Of a stretch of 64,000 nt of DNA, positions 37,901 to 45,534 are shown in pieces (within the stretch, counting starts at the first letter, position 1; each line of letters starts with the position of its first letter). The stretch is from the NCBI GenBank assembly GCA_037481835.1, contig JBBFKW010000007.1, positions 1-64,000 on the forward strand. Reading direction: 5' to 3'. The position numbers and the translations under genes are program-made. The DNA comes from Desulfosoma sp. (lineage in GTDB: Bacteria > Desulfobacterota > Syntrophobacteria > Syntrophobacterales > DSM-9756). Under the pieces are notes generated by a model. That model searched no databases and was not told the origin of the DNA. It was given only the letters and a program-made list of their open reading frames with translations.

Positions 37901-39832
37901 CTCTTGGAGCACATGGAGCAGAGCGGCGAAAAGGAAGTCTTTTTCCGGGATGTGCTGTCTTCATGGGTCCAGGACTTTCGGGGGGCGGGGGATCTTTTCC
38001 CGCAAGGGCGGAGGGACGAGGCGGGAACCGACCGCCGGGAAATCGAAAACTTGTCCGATCTGCGCCGGATTTTGGCTCGGTTGTGCCGGGATACGAGGCC
38101 TGCCGCCGAAAAGGCGGACTTTTCCGCATCGGTGCCGGGTTCAACCCGCCGTCGCATCGACGCCGTTTGGAAGGCCTTTCAAAAGTCGCCCGTGACTTTC
38201 GCGGCGACCTTTTCCCTGTCCGACGGGGATTTCACCGACCTGGAAAAACAGCATGTGAGGGATCGCCTCGGGGGGCAGCTCCCGGCGGATCTTTCCCTGG
38301 TGCCGTCCATGGCCGGAGGCCTTGAAGCTCTCGTGCTGGGATTGATCGGCGCCCTGCTGGAACAACAGGATCATCAAAGGCGGTTGGCTGCCCTGACGGA
38401 AGAAGCCGTGCGCTGCGAACAGGCCGAAAAGCTTCCGCAGGAAGCTGTGCGGGCGTGGATTTTCGAGGCCCTGGAGGCAGGCCATGAACCTCGGCAGATT
38501 CTGGAAAAAGTGCTGGGGTGGTTTCACCAGTTTCCCCTGTGGAAAGACCGGATCCTCGTGGATGCGCTCCAGAAGATGGTGAGCCTGACCCGCTGGCGAA
38601 ACCTCCTGGAAACTTTCCCGGGGGTGGTTCTGGAAGGGATTCCTGCGGAAGTCAGGGAAAGCTACGCGCGAACGTTTTCTCGATGGATGGAAAGGGTCGC
38701 AGAGGCCGTAGGGCGATTAGGGGATTTTGATCGAGAACGGCTGCTTTACTACCTATTTGTTCTGGCCAAGAGGGAAGGCGATTTGGACGTCATCACGGCC
38801 CTTTTGCGGGAAATCCGGGAGACGTCGGATGTCATCGAGGCGGCGTGGCTGCAGTTCACCAACGATCGGCTGACGGAAGTTCTGCCCGCCCCTCCGACCA
38901 AGGGCCTGGAAGCTCGCTACAGCCTGCTGATCAACCGCCTCAAGGACCTGGAACCCGTGTGTCGAGGTCTGATGCAAGGCCTGTCTCGAAGCGAAAAACC
39001 TGATGTGGCGGCGGCGGTGCGCGAACTGCAGCTCTACATGCGATTTCACATGGTTCGCGATGAGGCCGAAGCCATGGATGCGGACGCCTGTTTCGAAACT
39101 TTTTGGGAGGAAGGCTACAACCTGGAAGGGTTGGACAAGGAAACGCTCCGTCAGGCTTTCCTGGCGGAATGGAAAAACCGGGAACGATGGCGAAAAGACC
39201 GGGTGTGGCTCATGACCATGGCCGTCGCCCGAAGGCTTGCATCCCAGAGCCATGAGCTCTACGAGGCGGACAAGGCTTTTGCCAAAATGCGCCAGGGCCT
39301 TCTCAAGGAGGATGGACCTGAAGAAGGCCGGGATGTGTGCCGGCGCCGGGGAATCGCCCTGGGCACGGTCAAGGAAGCCATGTACCGCGAGTTGTCCGAA
39401 CTCTTGGAAAGGGAACGGATGGATTCCTTCAGGACGCGTATTCGCCAGATCGTGCATCAGTTGGACCGCAAAAGATTGCGGATCGTGCAGGCCTGGTTTT
39501 CGGGATCCATCGACCGCTACAGCGTTTTCCACGTGCTCAGGCAGTATCAGAAGCGGGCTGAGCCGCCGAGCGACGACGATTTTCGAGAGTTTTTCATGGA
39601 ACAGTGGTTTCGGCGTGTGGACCGGCTGCGGGAATCGGATCGCGCGGACCGCGACGATCGGATTCGAGAAGTGGATGAAGGATTTCACGCCCTCTTGGGG
39701 GTGTCTCCTCTGGCGCTGGAAAAAGAAGCGGCAAAGGAGGCAGCCGAGGCCTGGAAGTCCTGGATCCGAGAGACCGAAGAAGAGATCCGTCGTAGGCTGA
39801 TTGCGGACGAGGTGCCTACGGCGCCCTTATGA
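34967..39832 (+). CDS. Very large protein (~1620 aa) with one central Fe-S domain (RnfB/AcsC N-terminal type); otherwise unassigned
   Basis: LPGLDCGACGESRC...ECVHL at ~37080-37175. Starts 14 bp after the OFOR stop. The rest is charged and helical-looking, with no other motif recognised. Confidence 0.8.
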   Translation: MGMEGLSSQYSLEQFYAELSTDQERAFHKTARDVTAALAERFRFRDAVRDVHNAVEQALVALRKIDMAWDSAPEGACLRVFRRKWFEAAPLVEHVRRVGFFSTHPVDLLPWVRWFLLVENYHRTDPVHHDRRLDRLRFLKTENPHAPCISHEDVLLWLEHQLLVHEREPLSAIAEKCAEQLRNRLDETLRPHTALDAFFFVLLRCHQFCLAETMTEDDARRLQTVLGWRRFLSLTDLMLVVIHRVLDREPLPDAVTVLDELMADGFQIRHASFKDPYEADVVAAEDTARFDETTIRLFASVDKLHGILERDCAAVFQEWQARRGKVLDELEEEICELREMIANPLPRKHLIGRTIRLLTSWCLAHGKPGDEAWENMSSEEGLRALVDRVRASFPEGVLKALVRQRRGYELTTRKELALRIERECRLQWESFRKEPGSRAYGEVDFRIAERVRALASGPVPPEKGDADALKVETLAGLADLIRRRKISDEAVSSSLCLGLDVFFPTMGTPLEFVESLRDLVPYEELCNRAPSAQKGGPEEAVALYERTLARFAGAFYRFVVAQGKKEAGLPLELSLSEIPELAAVMVPPWGALTEGLLRSAVRKFQHQSAPLYRRRKNPICLDEEEFGVHLAHFVMCELKADVKHSAETGTLAAVRKAVTEEALRVVVPDRVRTLTSPERFLLQWAGILDSRQGAEELQRAVAGALPGLDCGACGESRCASFAQGLLQGRRRIRECVHLSPAGQRHIEAMVQEHLSKVSRGNGVGSAYELFRNPALWRRLPKADPLRRSVVKVVDVGRQEERRRVMDHAFRSWQGLDSKPDVYKRPDPEAFYQALVETIGYEATERIRPEERRWLAEHGRIRLEKELEKLEKRTDWLTLERLLISGGPSSLEADPETQALRAYEAMAYLHQLHEDDRRRLLVHRLESFEEGFSQWWNQDLLTMNHPRYRIDNWEEFSKVIKNAFWHQENFPPPRRVAEELLEHMEQSGEKEVFFRDVLSSWVQDFRGAGDLFPQGRRDEAGTDRREIENLSDLRRILARLCRDTRPAAEKADFSASVPGSTRRRIDAVWKAFQKSPVTFAATFSLSDGDFTDLEKQHVRDRLGGQLPADLSLVPSMAGGLEALVLGLIGALLEQQDHQRRLAALTEEAVRCEQAEKLPQEAVRAWIFEALEAGHEPRQILEKVLGWFHQFPLWKDRILVDALQKMVSLTRWRNLLETFPGVVLEGIPAEVRESYARTFSRWMERVAEAVGRLGDFDRERLLYYLFVLAKREGDLDVITALLREIRETSDVIEAAWLQFTNDRLTEVLPAPPTKGLEARYSLLINRLKDLEPVCRGLMQGLSRSEKPDVAAAVRELQLYMRFHMVRDEAEAMDADACFETFWEEGYNLEGLDKETLRQAFLAEWKNRERWRKDRVWLMTMAVARRLASQSHELYEADKAFAKMRQGLLKEDGPEEGRDVCRRRGIALGTVKEAMYRELSELLERERMDSFRTRIRQIVHQLDRKRLRIVQAWFSGSIDRYSVFHVLRQYQKRAEPPSDDDFREFFMEQWFRRVDRLRESDRADRDDRIREVDEGFHALLGVSPLALEKEAAKEAAEAWKSWIRETEEEIRRRLIADEVPTAPL

Positions 39833-39941
39833 AAAAGGCCGCACCCTTATTTTCCGCCCTTTTCGACCTCGGCGGGTCGTCACGGCGTGATGAACGCCGC
39901 GGCCGGCCACGGAAAAGAAGAATATTCAAGGAGTCGTCGCC

Positions 39942-42900
39942 ATGAGCGCCTATCAACCTTTGGACCCGAACATGACATGTCGTCCCTCGTGGTGGGTGGA
40001 ACGTCTTCGGTGCGTTTCGGGCCGCCCAGTTCCAGTTCGGGACACGCGCATCCCGAAAGACGGGAAACCTCTGGCGGCGGTCGTCGGTGCCCTTCGGGCA
40101 GGATTGGACGAGCTGCGGTTGCTTGTAGGGGCGGATTCGGAGGCTTTCCGGGGTTTTGTCGAAGGGCTGCGCGCCGAGGCCTTGGGACCGTGGGGAGAGG
40201 ATCCTGAGCGCCGTTTGGTCGGGCTGGTTAAAGAGGCTTTGGGGCGAAGGGATTGGCGCGAAAAAGACATCATCGACATGATTCTCGCCTATCTCACGGC
40301 GCTGGGTCCTTCGCTGCCCGAAGATGTGAGAATGTCTTGGGAAAGGTTGGAAAGGGCGGCGAAGGCGCGCAACGGTGCCGAGCGCACGCTCATGGAAGGC
40401 CTCATCAGCGAAGCGCGGGGGCGTCTTGGCGGCTTGGCGTGGGCCCGGGAGCATGCCTTGGAAAAAGGACCCCGTGAGGGCGCCTTCGGCCTTTCTTCCC
40501 TTCGATGGCTTCGAGAAACACTGGCCGCCATGACGGGATGCGCCGGCGATCTCGCCGACCGTTCCGATGAGGAGTTGGCGCGCCTGAGTCCGGCCGAGAT
40601 ATGGCAGGATTTGGACGAGGCTTTGACGAAAGCCTGGGGGAAAACGGGCCGGAGCTTTCCCGTCAAAGATTTGGAAAAAGCTTCCTTGTATCTCATGGAG
40701 GACATGGGAGCGAGGAGTCCCAACCATCGGTTCTTCATCCGTTTTCTCATTGAAGACGAAGCGGCCTATCGGCGCCTCTTGAGAACCTGTTACGCCGACG
40801 AAACGGTGCAGAGGGCCTGTTTGGATCAGGAATGCGAGCGGTTCAACCGTCTTCCGGAACATGCGGCCCACCGGGTGTTCTACGACGCCGACGAAAAAAC
40901 GTGGTGGCTTAAAGCGTTTTTCCTCAGGCCGGACGTGGTGCACTGTTTCGTGGAACGGGAAAGAGCCAAGGATATTTACCATGTCCTCGCGGGACTGGAA
41001 CCTAAAGCCTATCTGCCTCGGGTGCTCCATGAAGTTCAAGGGCTTTTCGGGTATGTGACACCGGAGGCGTGCCGCCACATCGTCCAGCGCCTCGGCTTGG
41101 ATCCCGAAGACGTTCTTCGGGTGATCGCCTCCTACAAGCAGTACAGCGCCGATCCCTCGGGGGACATCATCATCTACGTGTGCAAGGGAACAGCGTGTTT
41201 TCTCCGCGGCCAGCCTGAACTGTCGCGTCGGCTCACTGAGGAAATCGGGGCGGAAGTGGACGCCGTGGGCCGCTACGGGGTGCAGTATGTGGAGATGGAT
41301 TGTTTCGGGGTGTGCCATCTGGCTCCCGTGGTGCGCGCCGGAAATCGTTTCTATGGAAAGCAAAAGGCGGAAGATATTCCCCGGCTGGTGAATAGCCTCA
41401 TCCAGGGCCCCGACTACGAAAACCGGCAACGGTTCGTGTCGCGCCTTTTGGAAAAGATGCGTGCCGACAGCGTCAGCGAGCCCGTGGATGCTTTGAGGGT
41501 CGAATCCGTGGGAAAATTTTCCAAAGTCGACCGCTTGGGAGTGCGGGAAGAGGGCGCGTGGGACGATTCTTTGGAGGGATGTTCGGTAATTTTGGACGAC
41601 AAGGGCGCTGTTTCCATACTCCTACCGGACGGTTTCGCGCACGGCGTAGGCCGACTGGTCCCTCGGGTTCTTCCTTTCATCATGCGGGATGCGGACGGTT
41701 TCAATCGTTTCGGCGCCGTCGTTCTCGATGATCATCGTCGGGCGGCACGGGTGTTGGGCGTGCCCGACCTGACGGACGAGGAGGTGATCCGGGGCGCGCT
41801 TCGTCCGACGGCTCGAGTCGTGGACGGCCGCGTGGTGCTCTCTTCCCATGAAAAGACCGTGGTGCTGGGCCCTTATACGGATCGGGTGCTCATCGCCGAC
41901 GCCCCTGATGCCTACGTCGCCGTTGTTTTGGCGGAAGGAGGTGCTTCAGGTCCTTTCGTCGAAACCGAAGCAAGAGGCCCTGACAGGGTTGCGTCCGAAG
42001 AGGCCTCTTTCCGGGCGGGCCAAGACCGGGTTGTTTTGGATTTCGCCGCTGCAGGGCGTCCGTCCTGCATGGCGTCCTATCGAGCGGCGGGGGGCTATGA
42101 GTCGGTCTACCGGGTGCTGGGATTTCGCGGGGAGCCCCCGTGGGATCCGGAACGGATCATCGCGGAAGTGCGGGACGCGAAGCTTCGGGGACGGGGCGGG
42201 GCGGGCTTTCCCACGGGACGCAAGTGGGAAGCCATGTTACGGGCCGTGTGTCGGATCGATCCCGAAGACGGCAACCAAGACCCGGTGAAACTCATCGTGG
42301 CCAACGGCGACGAAGGAGACCCGGGGGCCTTCATGGACCGCACGCTCATCGAGGAAAAACCCCATCAGGTTCTGGAAGGAATGATCTTGGCCGCCGTTGC
42401 CGTGGGCGCCCGCTACGGGGTGATCTATGTGCGAAAAGAGTATGAAGACGCCGTGAGAAGCCTGGAGGACGCGCTTTTCGAGGCACGGCGCTGCGGGTTT
42501 CTCGGGCGGGATATTTTTGGAGTGTCCGGATTGCACTTTGACGTGGAAATCCGATTGGGGGCCGGGGCGTTCGTGGCCGGAGAGAAGCGGGCCATCATGC
42601 GGGCCATTGAAGGAAAGCCTGCAGAACCCACCATCAAGGCCCCGTCCAACACCGTGCGCGGGCTTTGGGGAAAGCCCACACTGCTCAACAACGTGGAAAC
42701 CTTTGCCAATGTCCCCGTCATTCTTCACCGAGGGAGCGCCTGGTATGCCCGGCTGGGCACGTCCCGAAGCGGCGGGACCAAAATCTTTTCCGTCGCCGGC
42801 ATTGTCAAGAAAACCGGGCTCGTGGAAGTCCGCTTCGGCAAGACCCTTGGGGATGTCATCGAAATCTGCGGCGGAATCCAGGACGGAAAGAAACTCTCCG

Positions 42901-43607
42901 GAGTCCAGATCGGGGGGCCGTCCGGAGCCATCCTGTCCTTGACCGGCGCTCGGGCTTACCTGCTCCAGACGCCTTTGGATTTCGACACGTTCAACGATGC
43001 CGGCGCCATGTTGGGTTCCGGCGGGTTGGTCTTTATCGGAGAAGACGACGACGTCGTCCGGCTGGCTCGCCATTTTACGGATTGGCTTTCGGAAGAATCC
43101 TGCGGTCAATGCCCGTCGTGTTTTCGAGGCACCCGGGCCTTGGGGCGTGTCCTGGACAAGATCCTGGCCGGTCAGGGCACAGCGGGCGATATTCACGAAT
43201 TGTGGGCTTTGAGCGATGTGGTGCGGGCCGGAAGTCAGTGCGGCCTAGGAACAACCGCCGCCAACCCCGTGACCAGCGCCTTGCGGTTTTTCCCCGCGTC
43301 CTTTTTCCACTACCTGCTCGGCAACCCGGAGATGCAACCTCGCGATGTCTTTGAGGCCCTGGAGGCCCTGAGGCTCCTGACACGACAGGAAATCGTTCGT
43401 GTTGCGGGAGTGCGCCGACACGTGGAAGGGGCGGCTTTCACGCTGAAACGGCATCTGGTGCGGTTCCTGGTGGAAGAAATCGAAAAAATCGATCGCTACC
43501 GGCCGTTGCCTTCCCGAATGACCGATCGGTTGCTCCGGTTGCTGGGCCTGCCGCGCTACGAAGTGGGCCAAAGAGAAGTCGTCATGGAATGGCGCGATGT
43601 GGCATAA
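39942..43607 (+). CDS. Fused NuoE-NuoF (HydC/HydB-like) NAD(P)H-flavin/Fe-S module with N-terminal extension
   Basis: AAGGAG RBS. NuoE [2Fe-2S] CKGTAC...CFGVC. NuoF LRGRGGAGFPTG.KW, NGDEGDPGAFMDR, NNVETF, GGPSG, and [4Fe-4S] CGQCPSC...CGLG. Confidence 0.9.
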   Translation: MSAYQPLDPNMTCRPSWWVERLRCVSGRPVPVRDTRIPKDGKPLAAVVGALRAGLDELRLLVGADSEAFRGFVEGLRAEALGPWGEDPERRLVGLVKEALGRRDWREKDIIDMILAYLTALGPSLPEDVRMSWERLERAAKARNGAERTLMEGLISEARGRLGGLAWAREHALEKGPREGAFGLSSLRWLRETLAAMTGCAGDLADRSDEELARLSPAEIWQDLDEALTKAWGKTGRSFPVKDLEKASLYLMEDMGARSPNHRFFIRFLIEDEAAYRRLLRTCYADETVQRACLDQECERFNRLPEHAAHRVFYDADEKTWWLKAFFLRPDVVHCFVERERAKDIYHVLAGLEPKAYLPRVLHEVQGLFGYVTPEACRHIVQRLGLDPEDVLRVIASYKQYSADPSGDIIIYVCKGTACFLRGQPELSRRLTEEIGAEVDAVGRYGVQYVEMDCFGVCHLAPVVRAGNRFYGKQKAEDIPRLVNSLIQGPDYENRQRFVSRLLEKMRADSVSEPVDALRVESVGKFSKVDRLGVREEGAWDDSLEGCSVILDDKGAVSILLPDGFAHGVGRLVPRVLPFIMRDADGFNRFGAVVLDDHRRAARVLGVPDLTDEEVIRGALRPTARVVDGRVVLSSHEKTVVLGPYTDRVLIADAPDAYVAVVLAEGGASGPFVETEARGPDRVASEEASFRAGQDRVVLDFAAAGRPSCMASYRAAGGYESVYRVLGFRGEPPWDPERIIAEVRDAKLRGRGGAGFPTGRKWEAMLRAVCRIDPEDGNQDPVKLIVANGDEGDPGAFMDRTLIEEKPHQVLEGMILAAVAVGARYGVIYVRKEYEDAVRSLEDALFEARRCGFLGRDIFGVSGLHFDVEIRLGAGAFVAGEKRAIMRAIEGKPAEPTIKAPSNTVRGLWGKPTLLNNVETFANVPVILHRGSAWYARLGTSRSGGTKIFSVAGIVKKTGLVEVRFGKTLGDVIEICGGIQDGKKLSGVQIGGPSGAILSLTGARAYLLQTPLDFDTFNDAGAMLGSGGLVFIGEDDDVVRLARHFTDWLSEESCGQCPSCFRGTRALGRVLDKILAGQGTAGDIHELWALSDVVRAGSQCGLGTTAANPVTSALRFFPASFFHYLLGNPEMQPRDVFEALEALRLLTRQEIVRVAGVRRHVEGAAFTLKRHLVRFLVEEIEKIDRYRPLPSRMTDRLLRLLGLPRYEVGQREVVMEWRDVA

Positions 43608-43665
43608 AGGCAAAAGTGAAGAGGGAAATCCAGCTGTCAGGAAAACGTTGCCCTGGAGGGGGACC

Positions 43666-44235
43666 ATGATGACCAAAGAGAGAACGTACTTCCAAGCCTT
43701 TCGAGAAATGGTGCAGGTGGTGAGCGGCACCTTGGATGTGCAGGTGGTGCTGCAGGCCATGGTGAGCACGATTCCCCAGGTCTTGGGGGCCAAGGCCTGT
43801 GCCGTCCGCCTCCTGGACCCCAAAGGCCGCACTCTGGAATTGGCCGCCAGTCACGGACTCAGTGACGCCTACATCCACAAGGGGCCTGTCGATGCGGACC
43901 AAAGCCTTGCCGAAACGCTTCAAGGAAAGACCGTCGTCATCCACGATGCATCGACGGACCCTCGAGCCCAGTACGGCGAAGCGGCCCGCAAGGAGGGGAT
44001 CGTGGGCATCTGTTCCGTTCCCCTTAAGGTCAAAGGGAGGGTGATCGGGGTCCTGAGAATTTACACCGAGGAGCCCAAGGAGTATGTCCCCGACGAGCTG
44101 GCCTTTGTGGAGGCTTTGGGAGAATTGGGAGGCATTGCCATTGAAAACGCCCGTATGTACGAGCGGCTGAAAAAGGATTACGAAGAGGTCATGAGCGATG
44201 TCTTTCGCTTTGTGGGGTATCGGCGCAGCCTGTGA
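43666..44235 (+). CDS. Stand-alone GAF domain protein
   Basis: LELAASHGLS..Y, SVPLKVKGRVIGVL, AIENARMY, with GGAGG RBS. Confidence 0.87.
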   Translation: MMTKERTYFQAFREMVQVVSGTLDVQVVLQAMVSTIPQVLGAKACAVRLLDPKGRTLELAASHGLSDAYIHKGPVDADQSLAETLQGKTVVIHDASTDPRAQYGEAARKEGIVGICSVPLKVKGRVIGVLRIYTEEPKEYVPDELAFVEALGELGGIAIENARMYERLKKDYEEVMSDVFRFVGYRRSL

Positions 44236-44315
44236 TCCGGACTGCACGGGGGGGAGCGGCTGGGGAAATCCTACGAAAACGGTCGTGTAAGATATCAGGA
44301 AAGTTAAGAAATTTT

Positions 44316-44342
44316 TAAAGTTTCCCGCCGATTCGCCGATAG
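44316..44342 (+). promoter_or_regulatory. Sigma28 (FliA)-type promoter upstream of the HD-GYP gene
   Basis: TAAAGTTT-N11-GCCGATAG, matching the consensus TAAAGTTT-N11-GCCGATAA at 15 of 16 positions with exact spacing. Confidence 0.8.
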
Positions 44343-44420
44343 TTTTTTTAGATGGCGGCGAACGCCCGCTCAAGGGGAGAGCGTGCGGGCTTGAATCCGG
44401 TCAGAGTGAGGGCGGCGGAA

Positions 44421-45476
44421 ATGGCGGTCGGGGCGGTTGCAGCGGTTGCGGAGAAGGACTACGGCGCTCTGGATTTTCGAAAAGCGAAGAAACAGTCCCT
44501 GGACGGGCCGGTCAAAATCGAAGATCTGGGCTACGTGCCTTTTCCGGTGAAATTTTTGGTTCCGGATTTCATGATCCCGTGCGATCTCTTTGTTCCCGTG
44601 CTGGCCAAAGGGGAAGAGCTTCCCACCTTCGTCAAGGTCTTGGACCGAGGGCAGTTTTTTTCCGAGGAGTGGAGGTTCGCGCTCAAGGAACAGCGTGTGG
44701 ACATGCTCTATGCGGAAGAAGACGCCGCGATGGGCCTCGACGACTATTTCGCCGAAGTCCTCCATGCCTTCACCGAAGACGAGGTGACCCCCACGTGGCA
44801 AAAGGCCCTGGTTTTGTACAATTACGGGGAATTTCTCGCCCGGCGCCTCTTTCAGGATGTGCATGACGGGGATCTCTTCGAAAAAACGATCCATTGGGCA
44901 GACTCCGTCGTTGGGCTCGTCCAGGGGCAGCAGGCGAAGGTTTCCGTGATCTATCGGCTGTTTTCCCGAGATTACGAAACTTTCAACCACAGTGTCCAGG
45001 TGGCGATGCTGGCCGCGGCTTTTTGCGGCTTTTGCGGCTGGCGCTCCGAGGACGCGACTCGTGTCGGTGTCGCCGGGCTTTACCACGATATCGGAAAAAT
45101 CTGGGTAGACCAGAGGATCCTTCTCAAGCCCTCATCCCTCACCCGTGAAGAATTCGGCCAGATCCGTCGGCATCCGCAGGCCGCTTACGACCATTTGGCG
45201 GCCTTAGACTGGATGAACGCCGATCAGTTATCCGCCGTTCGCGAACATCACGAATCCATGGACGGCACGGGCTATCCTCAGGGGCTCAAAGGAGCGGACA
45301 TCCATCCATACGCTCGGGTTTTGCACATCTGTGATTGTTTTGACGCCTTGACCACCCACCGGCCCTACAAAAAAGCCGTCACCCCTTACAAGGCCTTGAA
45401 GCTCATGCAAAGTGAGATGAGGCTTTCTTTCGATCGACACCTCCTGTATAAATTCATTCAATTTCTCGGTTCTTGA
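44421..45476 (+). CDS. HD-GYP domain protein (putative c-di-GMP phosphodiesterase)
   Basis: [31 protein letters not shown]. Start uncertain (44352 or 44421). Confidence 0.88.
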   Translation: MAVGAVAAVAEKDYGALDFRKAKKQSLDGPVKIEDLGYVPFPVKFLVPDFMIPCDLFVPVLAKGEELPTFVKVLDRGQFFSEEWRFALKEQRVDMLYAEEDAAMGLDDYFAEVLHAFTEDEVTPTWQKALVLYNYGEFLARRLFQDVHDGDLFEKTIHWADSVVGLVQGQQAKVSVIYRLFSRDYETFNHSVQVAMLAAAFCGFCGWRSEDATRVGVAGLYHDIGKIWVDQRILLKPSSLTREEFGQIRRHPQAAYDHLAALDWMNADQLSAVREHHESMDGTGYPQGLKGADIHPYARVLHICDCFDALTTHRPYKKAVTPYKALKLMQSEMRLSFDRHLLYKFIQFLGS

Positions 45477-45534
45477 GCCGTACCGGCCGAGAAAGCCGAA
45501 AAATTCGAAACTGGAGACAGTATTGAGGTGCGCG

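Noticed and set aside
39942..43607. Respiratory complex I or hydrogenase locus
   Set aside because: No other nuo subunits, H-cluster or NiFe motifs, or membrane subunits were recognised in the window.
28464..43607. Inteins, selenocysteine read-through or frameshifts explaining the giant sizes
   Set aside because: No intein terminal or LAGLIDADG motifs were recognised, the ORFs are uninterrupted, and each gene has its own plausible start.
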